In this document: one piece after another, positions 1 to 15,172 of the stretch
Position numbering within the stretch: position 1 is the first letter of the stretch
Layout of the letters: each line of letters opens with the position of its first letter
DNA from: Chrysomallon squamiferum
Lineage: Eukaryota; Animalia; Mollusca
DNA: 64,000 nt
Reading direction: 5' to 3'
Assembly (NCBI GenBank): GCA_012295275.1
Contig: CM022679.1
Span: 25,110,001 to 25,174,000, forward strand
Position numbers and translations under genes: made by a program
The notes under the pieces: generated by a model
The model's input: the letters and a program-made list of their open reading frames with translations, nothing else
The model's database searches: none
Told to the model about the DNA's origin: nothing

Positions 1-1248
1 TATCATGCCTAGAAAAATATTTACAGTTAAAAATTGAACTGACAGTTTCATTAGGGACTCAGGTTTAGCATGCAGACTGGTAACATTACCTTGAGAAATC
101 TGTCAGAATTTAATAAACCAGTTTGTTACCACATTATTAAATTAGTTTATAAAATTAATTTTTTCTGACTCAGATTATATAATCACTTTATAAACTGGTT
201 TCCTTAAGCTCAATCAATTTTTATGTGAACTATTTAAAGCATTTTTGAAATAAAAAAGAAGAAAAATTATATGTTATGGATTACGGTAATAAATTTAATA
301 TCAGTTTGCCAATAACCATAACTGATCTGATTTGATCAAATTGTCAATAATTATAATGGATTTGATCATGGGGTTAAAAAGAAATAAAAAAGTACTTACA
401 CACACATACAGGCATACATAACCACAAGAACATACATATATACATACAGACATATACACATATACAAGAAAACAAAAAGAAAGTAATATATAACGAAAAT
501 GAAAAAAAAGAAAAAGAAGAAGAAAGAAAAGGTTGCACTTTAAAGACCATTTCAGTCCCTCTCCCCTCAGAAAATGAAGCAGTCATATCTTATTAATTTT
601 TAAACATCCATTTTTCTCTCTGCTTCAGTAATAAAATTTTTTTATTTCTTAACCCTGGGGCCTTCTGCAGACCAGAAATCAATTGGTTCCTGTTGGGCGA
701 TCGTGCTTAAGTAGGGCTGTCCAAGCAATTTACTTAAAGCATTTACAGATTATCCTGCCTCAGAGCTATCAATGAGTGCACTTCTCTGGAAATACATGTT
801 TCGGAAATGACACCTTCACTTGTTTAAAACCTTCATGACCATTTGTTGATGCCTCGATGGTCTTAATTTAGCAACGTTGTCTGCAGCCACAACGTCCATT
901 GATGACTGCCAAACTAATACAGAATGTGGTGAATTATTTAGTTAAAGAAAATCACGGAGACAGAAAATGAAATGTTTGTCTAAAAAAAAAAAATTGGCAT
1001 TAACTGTGTGGTCCGAAGTGTTAATGGCGTAAGTCGAAGGATTTGTTGTAGAAGTTGAGGTAATTTGTTGCTGCACAATTTAAAAAGTAATTTGATTAAT
1101 TTAATTGGAATAAAATTTTTTTTTTTATTTCTGGTTTTGCTCCTTGTCTGACAGCAAATTGTATCCTGTTTAATTTGTTTGAAGATGTGGTTACCTTGAT
1201 GCCTTTTTCTTAATATTAAATCCTGTTTTTTTTTTTTATTATTAAATA

Positions 1249-1285
<37 letters not shown>

Positions 1286-1308
1286 TATTTATTTAAATGT
1301 TTTATGAT

Positions 1309-1489
1309 GGAATTTTGGGACTGAAGTTCTGTGGAATTGTGAAACTAAAGTTCTATAGAATTTTGTATCTGAAGTTCCATAAAATTTTGGGCCAGAAGTT
1401 CTATGGAATTTTGGAATTGATTTCTGTAGAATATTGGAATTGACTTTCTATGGAATTTTGGAACTGAAGTTCTATGAAATTTTGTAACT
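1309..1489. repeat. Degenerate 24-bp minisatellite, ~7.5 copies
   Basis: Consensus ggaattttggaactgaagttctat. Confidence 0.9.
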
Positions 1490-1994
1490 TTATTAGCAAG
1501 AATCCTTAAGCATTCGGTCCTCACAATTTTTTTCTTTCAAAAATGACCTTGCATTTAAATGAAAACCTGCATGCAAGAGATACGTTTACAAGTCACAGTT
1601 ACATGAAAAGGTGAACAGCCACAAAGATTAATAATGATCTCTGCTGTCTTCTTAACAGTGACGAAGATAAATTATGTTTTCAAATTGAAGTTTTCAAGTT
1701 GTATACATTGCTAGTCTGATGTTCACTATAACATTTTTCGTTTTTTTTACACTCATCAGTGTATGAAAGCTTTGATTTTTCTCAGAAATGTTGCTTGACT
1801 CAAGGACATTTTCTGTGCAGGTTTTTTAAAAGAATATTTGTATAGAGTTTGCATAGTGTCATAATATGATTAATTATGTAAATGTTTAATTATGGAACAG
1901 CTTTAGTAGATTCTATGTGTGTTAGAAGTGTATATTTCAATAAAACAATAAAAAGTTTGAAAATCTTAAGCACCTCTATGAATATGTAAATAGA

Positions 1995-2031
<37 letters not shown>

Positions 2032-2062
2032 ATGGTGACAATAATAATTATAATAATAACAA

Positions 2063-2097
<35 letters not shown>

Positions 2098-4410
2098 ATA
2101 ATAATGGTAATAATAGTAATAATACACTCAACCCACCATTTTAAATTCTGAGAAAATATGGGAAATGTACAAATCTTCTCAAACACCCCATTGACTAAAT
2201 TATTCTGATTCCTACTATATAATCACAGCAAAATAAGTTGATCTGCTGGGAAAGTAAAAACTGAATATAAAGTAAATTTACTTCTGTATATTATACTACA
2301 TTGTAAATATTAATATATTTGCCTTTTCTAACATTTTATGTTTTCCAGACAACCTTTCCCCTCTGGGTTGACTGTAGTAATAATAATAAGAACAATAAGA
2401 GTAATAATGATAATAATGATGATAATAATGATAATAATAGTAATAATGATAATAATAATAATAATAATGACTAATAGTAATAATGATGATGACGATGATG
2501 ATGATAATAATAATAGTACCAATGATAATAAATGATGATAATAATGATAATAATAGTAATGAACCCCTAAAGACAAAAGAAAAACAAAAAGGAAGAATGA
2601 AAGCAGCCAATAAAGGAGAAAGAAGATATTTTTTGGAAAGTTTATTTTGCAGAAAATTGAAAACTCAGTGTCATCTAGTTTAATACTGTCTGAAATAAGA
2701 GGCTATTTATTTTGTTAAACTGCTCCATTGCTGTCACTCTCCGCTTATTGGAAATGAGAGCTGAAAAACCATTTTTTTTTTTTTTGAAAAAAAAAAAAAA
2801 AAAAAAAACATGTCTTGAAAAGTTTCAACTGCTGCAGTTAATATCTGCCATTCTCACTTGGATAAGCTTAATGAAAGAATTTATTTTACAAAGCTAGCTG
2901 TGTTTTTACCATTAGACTGAATGATTGAAAGAAAACATAAAAACTCGACACATTTTTAATAGTAATAGTTATTATGTCTCCCAATACATCCTTTCTGTAC
3001 ATTTTTGTTGTGGAAAAAGAAGAAATATGTTGCTGTCTTTTCAGTCTGCTATCAGTTATTTAGATGACATTTTAAATGTAAGTTGCTATTTTGGCAGGAA
3101 TGCACTTTTTACAGGTATTGTTATCGTAACACTGGTTATAGAGTATCATCTGGATTGGGAAATGAGATCAGCAACAAAGACTGATCCTGTGGCCAATGAC
3201 TTTTGTCATTAAGGAGTGACCTATAATCTATTTCTTAATGTAGTCAGAACAAAAAGTACATTTTGAAGATCTCTGAATATTGTTACAGAACACAAACAAT
3301 GTAACGTTTCTTTCATGCTTTGTGTAAAAGTTTAAATTTCCCATATCACTGATAATAAAGTAATGTATTAAAATGATAAACTGTAGAAGTAAATGTTGTT
3401 GTTGTGTTTTTTAAATTAAAAGAAAGAAAATTTCCTCAAAATATTGGCTGGTTACACTCTGACAGTTACATCAAGTTACAGTCAAAATCCTTGCAAAGAA
3501 ATTGTTTTTACATTTCATACTTTGAACCAAAAATATTGCAAATTAAAATTTGTGTTATATTTATATAATTGTTTTTTACAAAGGTTACTAAGCAAGGTTA
3601 TTGAAAGAGAAATGTCCAAGATGGTTACCGTGTGAAAGTTAGATGTGAAGGGAAAATTATAATTATTTGTTTATGGTGAGAAACATTTTGAATGTTACTG
3701 ATTCAGAAGCTGACTTTTGTTTTCCCCATTGCATCATGGAGAAAACTGGCCAACAGACACACAAAGGTTCATGTTGCAAGTTGTGATAATCTGTTGATGC
3801 TCTATGTTAATTCTGTTGATAGAAAAATGTGTTGATGATCACTGTTTTATTGATGAATGTCACAAACACATTATCTGTAAGGTGTAAGCGTTCCAGACTG
3901 TCAAAGAGATTGGCATATTTAATGAATTCTTTAAAACAGTTATGTAAACTCCAAAATACACTTTCAGCTAAATAAAAGGATATTAAAAATAACTTGACAA
4001 AAGGATATTAAAATATCTTTTGAAACAGAGTTTTAAACTTATTTAGATATATAATTAAGTAAGTACTGTATTAAGTAGCCTATGAATCACTGATGATGTA
4101 ATTTGTAAAATGACATTGGAACAAGTGATGCATTGTTAATAAGAATATTGAAAATAAAGCGTAATGGATTTCCTAACCTAAAACAATGATAGTAAACACA
4201 AATTAAACATACATTCATTCAAGAATGTACATTAAAAGCATGAAACTAAATTTCCTAAGATACTTTTGCAATTACAAAGTATACTATAGACATGAAAAGA
4301 CATGAAACAGAGATAAAAATGAATTCCCCAAATGATTTTAAAAACAGAATTTTAAAATGGATCTGTCTTCAGAGAATTGTTCAGAATGCATGATCACTCA
4401 ACCAAAAATT

Positions 4411-4577
4411 TTGCAAATTTTTAAAACTGTATTAAATTTTATTACTAGTTATACAACAGCAAGTTATTATTTTTTGCAATGTCATCTCTTGCAAAATTTT
4501 TAAAACTATTAAATTTTATTGTTAGTTACACAACAGTGAGTTTTTATTTTTTAACAATGTCATCTCTTGCAAATTTC
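4411..4577. repeat. Two-copy ~78-bp tandem duplication
   Basis: ttgcaaatttttaaaact..attaaattttatt...caatgtcatctc is repeated. Confidence 0.85.
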
Positions 4578-5946
4578 TCTTCCAGTAGTAACACAACCCA
4601 CTTCAACTTTGACTCTGCCAAATTTGTAGCTATTAAGTTTTAGTAACATGACAGTGCATTATCTTTTTCACAGTGTAGACTCTCACAGTGTCCTTTTTCA
4701 AAAGCTGTACAACACCATTCAGTCCTTGATTTTATCAGGTTCTGAAAAAATGTTACTTGCTACTGATAAAACATAATAGAGACCTTTTTTTTTTTTTTTT
4801 TTTTTTTACTGCATTAACTCTAACAAATTTCTTTTTGAGTTGTTACAAGACCTCCTTCAATCCTTGTTTCTGCCAAATGTTTAAACTATATTTACCTTTT
4901 ACTGGTAGCAACATAAAAGTAACTTATTTTAACAATGTCAAACACTCAAAAATTCAATATTTGATTGTGCTTAATTTTGAAACTATATTACATTTTACCA
5001 GTAGAAATTATTATTATTATTTTTTTCAATACCATGCTAACAAATTCTTTTTTCAATTATTAAACAATCCTTTTCCCATGAAAAAAAAAAGAAAGAAAAA
5101 AAAAGAAAAAAGAAGAAGCTAAACCTGTGTAGAGTGATGAAGAAAGGAAAAGAAGAAGAAGATTAACATATAGATACAGACAAACACTGAGAGAGTTAAT
5201 CTGTGTTGTTTGTCGTATCACTGTAGCCGTCTGGGCTGGATGCAGTTTTCATAAATGGCTGGAGATCAATATTTTGCCATAACATGATGTTATTTTCAAT
5301 CAAAACCTCTTCAGATCCAATTTCCTAAACTTTTGGTCAACCTCTGATGCCCTGCAGTCCATGATCCCATCAAACTGAGTCCAGTGTTGGATATTGGAAT
5401 GTTAACAGTGTTAAGCTAACACCATGCAAGGCTCATCTTCATTTGCCTCAAATGAAAATATATTTTATACATGAGTTAAAAACAGTCACTGACAGGATCT
5501 CTTTGATTTGTTGACGATAATATTTGTACTATATCAGAAGTAAGAAGCAGTTAATTTTTGTATAAATAGTTGATTGTTACATACATCCTAAAAGAATGTT
5601 ATTGTCCTTATTATTTGATCATATAGTATATTTTTTTTTTTTTTAGCATTCTGTAGCTGGGTGCTTGGAATAGTGACAAGAAAAATGTTAGGTTATAGGA
5701 TGATTACTTCTGTAGTACATCCATTGGGCTATTTCCCAATCCAGCTTTATCAAAGGCTTTTATTATTATTATTTGTTTTCTTATCCAAGTGTTGCAGTTT
5801 TATCTTTGTAAACAAACCAGAAGTTTTCACTGTGTCTGCAACATAGTGGTGTTATAGTACTATTATGTCAGAATACTAAAACATCTTTTTTATTTACAAT
5901 TCTGAAACTGAAATATTGTTACAACACTCTGATACAGCCTTTTTAT

Positions 5947-6005
<59 letters not shown>

Positions 6006-6887
6006 CTTGTTTGATAAATAGAAAATTCTGGATGTCATGTTTAACAAATTAGTATCAGATTTTAACGTCATGTAATAATTGAACTGAAATTCATAAAGGC
6101 ATCTTTCTAACTACGAGACTCTTTAACAACAGCTTTTAAAAGCTTACAGTTTAATCCGGTCCTGGTCTTACATCTATCTATCCAGTCAGACAATGAGAAG
6201 GATCAGGCACTGGGAAACATGCTTAAACCATTGCCTGACAGACTCTGGTTACAAAACATTTGTATCTGTATGCACATTTCAGCTTAATCACCTCAGTGTC
6301 ATGGATAAACAACCCATTTCACTATCTGCACTTTATTACCACCGTGTTTTCTGCTGTTACAAAGAAAATAACTTCTCCCAGCTTTATTGCAGTTATAAAA
6401 AACTGAGTAAAGATCCATTATATGAGGCGGATTAATCGGGAAGAAGAAAATGGTGGCTTGATTTTAATGATTAACCTTCTGTGATTTCAATCCATTGCAC
6501 AATTTAATTATCTCTACCAATCTTCCAACAATAGCAGTTCTTTCTCTATTGCTTAATCCAGAAGATTTATTTTCAAGTTGTGAGATTTTGCAAAAAAATA
6601 TTTAAAACAATTTCTCAGTGGTGAAGTTGTAAAAAGAAGTGTGATTATCTTTTATAGAATTAACCCTTTTCACTCACACATTTTAAGGATAATAACTTGG
6701 GTTTGCAGTTGTCATCAAGTAAATAAAAAAAGGAGAAGAATTGAAAAAAAGGAGAAATGAATTCGGAAAAAAAAACCTGAAAGAGAAATAAAGTTAAAAA
6801 GATACCATAGTAACAGTGAATAAAGAGAAAAAAATGTTAATAATACTAAAATAAATAAATACAGTTTGTATATATATATGTGTGTTG

Positions 6888-6930
<43 letters not shown>

Positions 6931-7569
6931 TGTGGTTTGTGTGTATGCATGTGTTAAACTTACAAGTAAACTCAGTGATTCTCAAAAACTTCCACAAACA
7001 TTCAAATTCCCTCTAGCACATATTTCATTTCTAATTTTATATTACATACACCATCACCACCACCACCATCACCACCACCAACAACAGTAATAACAATGAA
7101 TGATAGTAGTAGTGGTAAAGAATCTGAAAATGATAAATAGCATCATAACTGCATGTTTCAAGTGTCTGCAAACATTTAAAACCTTACATCTTCAAACACG
7201 TTGCAAACCTTCTACATTAAGCTTTCCAAAAAAAAGATATAAATAAAAAATAAAAAACCTATCTCCCTATAATATGATGTTCTGATCTCTCTCTCTCAAA
7301 AAACAGAACAAAGAATACATAATAAAGAAGAAGAAGAAGAAAATAATAAAGAAAGGAAATAAAGACATTGTAATGGCTGGAAGCTTTCAGCCGTGTATTG
7401 ATTATGTAATCTTACATGTTGAAACACTTAGCAAAACTTAGGTCTTTCAGAATAAACTAGTAGATAGTCTGATAAACTATACATCATAGAGGATGTTTCT
7501 TTTATTGTTTGTAACTTTTCTTTAGTTTGTTTCAGAATTATTAGACTTCTTGAAAAAATGTTGTAGTAA

Positions 7570-7632
<63 letters not shown>

Positions 7633-7648
7633 TAATAATAATAATAAT

Positions 7649-7744
<96 letters not shown>

Positions 7745-7900
7745 CAATAGTAATAATAATAATAGTAATAATAAAAATAATTGTCATATAACATTTTCAT
7801 ATTATATTACTATTACTACTATTATTATTTATATAATAATAATAATAATAATAATAATGATAATAATAATAACAATAAAACAACAATAACAACAACAACA
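7570..7900. repeat. Long (AAT)n microsatellite with degenerate flank
   Basis: About 170 bp of near-perfect aat, followed by mixed aat/aac/tat. Confidence 0.95.
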
Positions 7901-8106
7901 AAAACATAATAAATAAATAAATAAATAAATAAATTTAAATTAATTAATTAATTAATGTAAAGTAAGACTAGAAAATAAGAAAGGAATTGAAACTAAAGAA
8001 ATGGCTGCATGCTGTTATGGCTTTAAGCTTTTAACTCATATTGATTGGGTAACCTTACAACTTGAAACACTTAGCAAAACACATTGACTTATTTCTTGTT
8101 AGAAGC

Positions 8107-8472
8107 TGTACCAGGTACATACACACTAGTCTTGTACCAGGTACATACACACTAGTCTTGTACCAGGTACATACACACTAGTCTTGTACCATGTACATAC
8201 ACACTAGTCTTGTACCAGGTACATACATACTAGTCTTGTACCACGTACATACACACTAGTCTTGTACCACGTACATACATACTAGTCTTGTACCAGGTAC
8301 ATACATACTAGTCTTGTACCAGGTACATACACACTAGTCTTGTACCACGTACATATGTACTAGTTTTGTACCAGGTACATACATACTAGTCTTGTACCAG
8401 GTACATACACACTAGTCTTGTACCAGGTACATACATACTAGTCTTGTACCACATACATACATACTAGTCTTG
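8107..8472. repeat. Homogeneous 26-bp minisatellite, 14 copies
   Basis: Consensus tgtaccaggtacatacacactagtct, with few variants. Confidence 0.97.
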
Positions 8473-8547
8473 ATGATTCTGATTCTTTATTTTTAGTTAC
8501 TTCATCCTGAAATGTGACTACAACAACAACAGCAAAAAAAACAATCC

Positions 8548-8599
<52 letters not shown>

Positions 8600-8617
8600 G
8601 TAGTAGTAGTAATAACA

Positions 8618-8662
<45 letters not shown>

Positions 8663-11600
8663 TTAGTAGTAGTAATAACAATAATAATAATACACTCTAC
8701 CCCCTATTTAAATTCTGAGAAAATTTGGGAAATGTACAAATCTTTTCAAATATCCAGTTAGTAAATTATTCTGATTCTTACTGCATTTATTTCCTGTTCC
8801 AGATTGTTCCCCATGACTTGTTGTAAAATTGGTTGTATTAGAATTCTTGTTTGTAGGTGATGTGTATGAATGATCCATTGCTCTTCATAAAAAAAAAAAA
8901 AAAACCCAATGTACATGAAAGGTTTTCTTTGATGTTTGAAACACAATAGCTGTTTGTAGAAAAATGATCAATAAAAAGGTTTGCCACTGTAAAAACAATG
9001 CTTTAATTTAGATATAAATATATAAGACAAATTAACAAAAATTAAAAATAAAAAAAATCAAGGGCAAAAATAATAGTAATAATAATAATAATAAAAATAA
9101 AAATATCAGAATAAAGAAACTGGAATGGAAGAAATGGCTGCAAGTTATAATAGCTTCAAGCTTTTAAACTCCTATTGATTGGACAACCTTACAACTTGAA
9201 ACACTTAGCAAAACTCATCTTGGGCCTTAATCTCTGTCCTGTTATGTGCGCCTGGCACCAGGAATAATAGAATTGTTGTGTAATTGTACAGCACAAGAGA
9301 GGTCCCCTTTTATTGGTTTATAGCTAATAATTCCTGGGTAAATGGTTGGCAGTGAAAATTTCGTATTTAAAGCTTCATTAGTCGGTCTGATTTGTGTTTG
9401 GAAATAGCGTTACTCGGTTTGTAAGTGATAAATTTGTCACAGGTGGATGGATATGTTGACTGCACGGCCTTGATTGTTTCCTGAAATTCTCACTCGAGCA
9501 CTTTTCTGATTATAGCCGTTTTCATTCGTTTTGGCTTTCTGATTTATTCTGTTTGTCCGTCGGTCCTCGCGTTGTTTGTTTTTCTGTTCTATATTTTGTC
9601 ATTATCTCTTTTACCTGTCTCTCTGTCTGTCTGTACAGTTGTTTGTTCTGTTTATAGATTTGTTCATTTTTTTTCAATGGTTTATTCAGGTAATTTTTTC
9701 TAATTGTAATGTTCATAATTTTATTATTATTATTTATTTTTTGTTTGTTTGTTTGTTTGTAAGAATCAAATGGATTCTGTGTCTGAAATGTTATGGAATA
9801 TTTCAATATCAAGAGACACAAAGTAAAAAAATAACTGAAATTGATTTTGTCATCATGTTAGAGCACTGAATGTTCTAAAAATGTTGGCTAGGATAAAACA
9901 GTAGTAAGTTTAGTAAGACCAAGTGAAATATTAAACTGTTACCCACAGCCTTGTTTGAACTGGTTTTGCTTGACTTAATTTTTAATGAAACTTATTATAA
10001 AATATTTATTACTGTGTGTGTGTGTGTGTCTGTCTGTGTGTGGGTGTGGTTAAAGCTTTACAAAAAAATTATGTTTTCATTTACAGACTAACTATACCTT
10101 ATTAGATATCCTTAGTGATAGATAATGATTAACCTAAAATTTTCTAAATTATTATTATTATTATTATTATTTTGTTATTTTATTGCAGAAAACTTCCAAT
10201 AAAATATAAATTATAATACCAAGTATATCTGTTCATGATTATGTAACATGATAATGTTATATATTTAAGATTACAAATAATTATGTTGTGATTCATATAT
10301 TTATACAATGTTTGTACATATAAGCAGTAAATATCTTAAATAAATACTGATGTTGAAAATTTAAATGTTCATCATACTTTGACATAGGCCAAGAAATAAA
10401 AAAATGAAACAATATATCATGGTTATATACCATTATGACATCAGTAAATTCACATCCCCCCTCAAAAAAAATAAAATAAAAAATAAAAAAAAAAAAAAGA
10501 TAAAGAAAGAAAGAAAACGGGGAAAAAAGATAAATAAAAGAAGAATAAAAACAAGAACAAAAAGCAAATACAATTATCTTGTTTCTATTCCAAGATCCAA
10601 AAATAAAACAACAATCAGTTCACACTTACTGAACTGTTATGACAAATACTAACAAATGAAAATATATTTCTGTCACAGAAACCAAGAATGAAATTTCTGT
10701 TCTATTAACCTGAAATCAATCATCAATTCATTAATGTTATAAATAAATTAGAAATAAATATATATAAAAAATATGCCAAAAAACCAGTAATAATTCTTAT
10801 TTCTGTTTCAAGAAGTTAAAATGAAACAACAGTCAATTCATTTTTATTTTGCTTTCATCAGAAATAAATTTAACAAACAAAAATATCATATTCCTGTTCC
10901 AATAATCAAAAACAACATAAAAATTCATTATATCATTAAGATAACAATAAATACTAATAATTAAAAAAAAAAAAAAAAAAAAACAAAAAAAAAAAAAAAT
11001 AAAAATCAATTCATATAGGATTATTACATTAATGAAATCTTATTTTTAAACCAAGAACCAAAGATGACATTACAATTCTTGAAGTTATACCTCTTTTGAC
11101 AGCAATAAATAATAATAAAAAAAAAAAAAAATTAAATTGAATTAATTTAGTATTATGTCATTAATGAAATCATATCTTTATCCCAAGAACCCAGTTCAGG
11201 ATGTTTTACCTTTTTGACAGCAGATAGATAATAATACTAATAAAAATTCACTTCAAATAGGATTAGGACACATTATTTTTTATCCAAAAGACCCAAAGAT
11301 AAAACAAACTAAACAAACTAAATTCATGACGGTGTACTATTAGGAAGTCAATAAAGAGGAAACACCTGTGAAGTCTTGCAGTTGTTTGTAAAACAAGTAT
11401 TCTGAGCTGTGGTTAAACAGCGTTTTTATGACAACATCATCGCTTTGCTCAGCGTCGTCTTGAGCAGTAGCTGTCAGGTGCAGATCTGGAACATGGAGCA
11501 CTCGAACACTTGACTTCAACCAGTCTGCCAATCCATATCTTTTAACAGGAGTCTGAGTTTTACAACAAGTGACGTATCAATGATAGATTGATATCAAGTG

Positions 11601-12654
11601 TCCGTCAACGTCACAGCAGATATTGATGTGGTTCTGCGGAGCTGTTATGAGAGTTGTTATGAAAAACATTTTGTGTAGATTTTGCAGTTTTTTCACTCAT
11701 CAGTGGTTTGAAACGAATAATGATGAATTGTTTTAATATTTACTTGAAGTCATCTTGATGTGTTATTATTTATTATAAGAGCAAGTATAGGCAGAAACAG
11801 AGGGAGAGATTATGGGAAAACTTTTAGAATGAGATGGAGAGAAAGAGAGAAAGAGAGACATAGCATAAAGAGAGAATGTAAGGAAGATACTCAGTATAGA
11901 GAGAGATAAAAAAGAAAAAAAAGAAGAAAAAAATACATTCTTAAAGAGGATGTAAAGAAAATGGAGAGAAAGAGAGACAGAAAGAAAACATGAAAAAGAG
12001 ACTCAGAATAAAATATATGCTTATACCAAGAGAGAAAGATGGTAGCAGAGACAATGAAAACAGGAGACAAAAAAGAAGGGGAAAAAAAAATGAGTTCAAA
12101 GATGAAAAGATATCATGCCACCAAAACCATTTCCTTTTACCTTCATCTTACTTAACACATGATGTGCTTTTATCGTTATTTATTATTATATTTTCTTTTT
12201 TTAGGAATCAACATCATAATCTACAAATGTTTTGAACTCTGTCCAACACACTAATTTCCTTATAGATATATCTTTTTTCTTTTCTTTTGAGTAAGCTTTT
12301 TACATGAGAAATGCGTGATAAAAAAATAAAAAATCCTGCCCTAAGATTATGATGATCAGTTCTGGCGACTGACCCTTTTAAAGTACAGCCAAAGAGGTTG
12401 TGACGGGTGTTGATGTTCACTATCACTCAGTTTGATGTGTACATGTAACTGTATTGATTAGAAATATCACATGAGGCTGTTGTGATATCTCTGATTTGTG
12501 GCAGATGAAATAATTTAATTACTTATATGATCGTTTAGTAGATTTTTTTTTTTTGTCGTTGGTGGTCTATGTGGACAGATTTTTTGGGTGTAATATTGTG
12601 CATGTTTGTGTGTATTTGAAAAGAAGTTAAAGTGTATTTTTATTATATTGTATG

Positions 12655-12830
12655 CATACACATGTACATACATCCATATATCCATACATCCACACATACA
12701 TACATATATCCATCCATCCATACATACATACAGACATACATACATACATACATACATACATACAGACATACATACATACATACATACATACATACATACA
12801 TACGTACACACGTACATAAATACATATATG
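12655..12830. repeat. (TACA)n/(TCCA)n tetranucleotide microsatellite
   Basis: Direct inspection. Confidence 0.9.
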
Positions 12831-13438
12831 CATCTATTTCAGATAAACTTGGTAATTAATTGATGCTTAATTAATTATAAAGTGTAGAATTGATTGAAAC
12901 ACATGCACACACAACCACACACACAAACACACACACAAACACATACACACACACACATCTATATATATATATGAATATAAAACTTTACACACATATGCAT
13001 ACATAAATAAAAACCCCAAAACACACAGTGCATGTATTTTAGATAAACTCGCCCATTAACTGATGCTCAATTAATTATGAAGTGTACTAGCTATGGCTAT
13101 CATCCATAACTGACTGCAATGTACTTTTAACACTATGAAGTGTGTTTGCTGTGTCAAATCAAATCAGCATGCTTGTAGCACTGGGAATGACATTATTAAA
13201 CAAAGCCTCATTATGCAGATTAATGATATATTTACATCACTCCATTAGATATTAGTCAAATATTTATATACGTTTAGAACAAAAATCTTTTATGCTATTG
13301 ATATTTACATATGTTGAGAATAACGATCTTTGATACACACATAAAATTATTGATATTGCAGAAAAGTGCACTTAAAGTGAAAGAGGCTATAATAGAAATT
13401 AAATTTACATTTTTGTTATTGTTGCTGTTTACACATTT

Positions 13439-13479
<41 letters not shown>

Positions 13480-13688
13480 AATGTGTTATAAAGTGTAAGA
13501 GAAAGAGGAAGAAAGAAAGAAGAAAAAACCGCAGAGAGATAGAGAGAAAGAGACATAAATATAAAGACAGTGATAAACAGATGGAGAAATAAAACAGAAA
13601 AAATAATTAGGAAATTGCTGTGTGTGTTGATGGTAAACAAATATTTTGGCCATTAAGAAAAGAATGAATCCAGGCTAACTGATCCCTA

Positions 13689-13732
<44 letters not shown>

Positions 13733-14447
13733 TTTGTACCATATATTTATGAACATCAGTATATATTTTTCATTAGCTTTGTCGAACCAGTCAGTTCTTA
13801 GCTAAGAACTGAGAAAAATCCACTGACATTTTCACACATTTGTTTTTATGCATCAGTGATATTTAATTCTATGAATTTCTAAAGGCTTAACTTTTATGCA
13901 CCAAAGAAATTTGATTTGGAGCAATGCTTCGTTAGAAACTGTTTTCTGGAATGAATTTTTAGTTCATTTATATTTCATAATCACAGAACATTAATTGGAG
14001 ATCCATTGTTAATTTGTAGCACAGAGTTTTTCTGGTGTCACAATTATTTCTTTATGAATTAAAAATTAAACTAATTTGTTTTGTTTATAGCCTCATTTGA
14101 TTACCTTTTTGCTAATTTTTAAAAATTGGTTATTAGCAAGGAATCTTTTTTATGCATTTTAGATGGAAGAAAAAGAACATGCTGTAGATTTTTGATAAAC
14201 CAGTCATGGGACACTGGTTAGAACTGGAAAAGCTTTAATCTCCACATATATGATAATCAATCTCATAACGTATGATATCTCATCAATAAAATTAACTTAT
14301 TAACTTACTAAGTAAGTAAACAAATAAACAAACAAACAAACAAACAAACAAACATTTATCTTATAGATATTATAACCTTTTATCTAGTTTACAGTTCCTA
14401 ACAGCAAAACAACAATAACAACAATTAAAATAAGAAATTAATTATAA

Positions 14448-14484
<37 letters not shown>

Positions 14485-14643
14485 ATATTTATCATGTAGA
14501 TATTATAATCATTTATCTACAGTTTTCTGTTCAGAACAACAAAACAACAATAACAACAATTAAATTATGAAATGATAATTATTATAATGATTATAATTAA
14601 AAATAAATAAATTAACAAAAAAAAACTAAATATTTATTTTATA

Positions 14644-14892
14644 GATGAGAGGACACCTGCAATATAGGTATACTTTTGCTCTGCCACTTTGGGTGTCCTT
14701 AAAAACAGGTATTACTGTATATTAATTATTTACCTGTGTAAAATGGCCTGGCACACATATTTACAATGTGTTACCACTGTCATGAATAATACCCATATCA
14801 GATTTCTTTTACAAAACATCTCGGTGGTACATATCAGTGTAAAATACGTTACAAATAACAGGTAACATTATATGCATTCCCTCAGAGACTGT
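14644..14892 (+). repeat. ~240-bp dispersed repeat, copy A (pairs with 19637-19872)
   Basis: Shared gatgagaggacacctgcaat...ttactgtat...ttatttacctgtgtaaaatggcctggcacacatatttacaatgtgttaccac...cagagactgt. Confidence 0.9.
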
Positions 14893-14978
14893 TTCATATA
14901 TTATAACCATTAATCTAGAAACAAAAAAGACAATAATAACAATTAAAATAGAAATGAATTATAATAAAAATAAATGAA

Positions 14979-15013
<35 letters not shown>

Positions 15014-15110
15014 ATGATAAGTGTGACAAAAGGTTTTAATAAGAAAAAAAAAAAAAAACAACAAAAAGACCCCATCCCTACAGACAAATATTTATATATA
15101 ATATACATAC

Positions 15111-15172
<62 letters not shown>

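Noticed and set aside
8107-8472. CRISPR-like appearance of the 26-bp array
   Set aside because: Units are head-to-tail with no unique spacers, there are no cas genes, and the context is eukaryotic.
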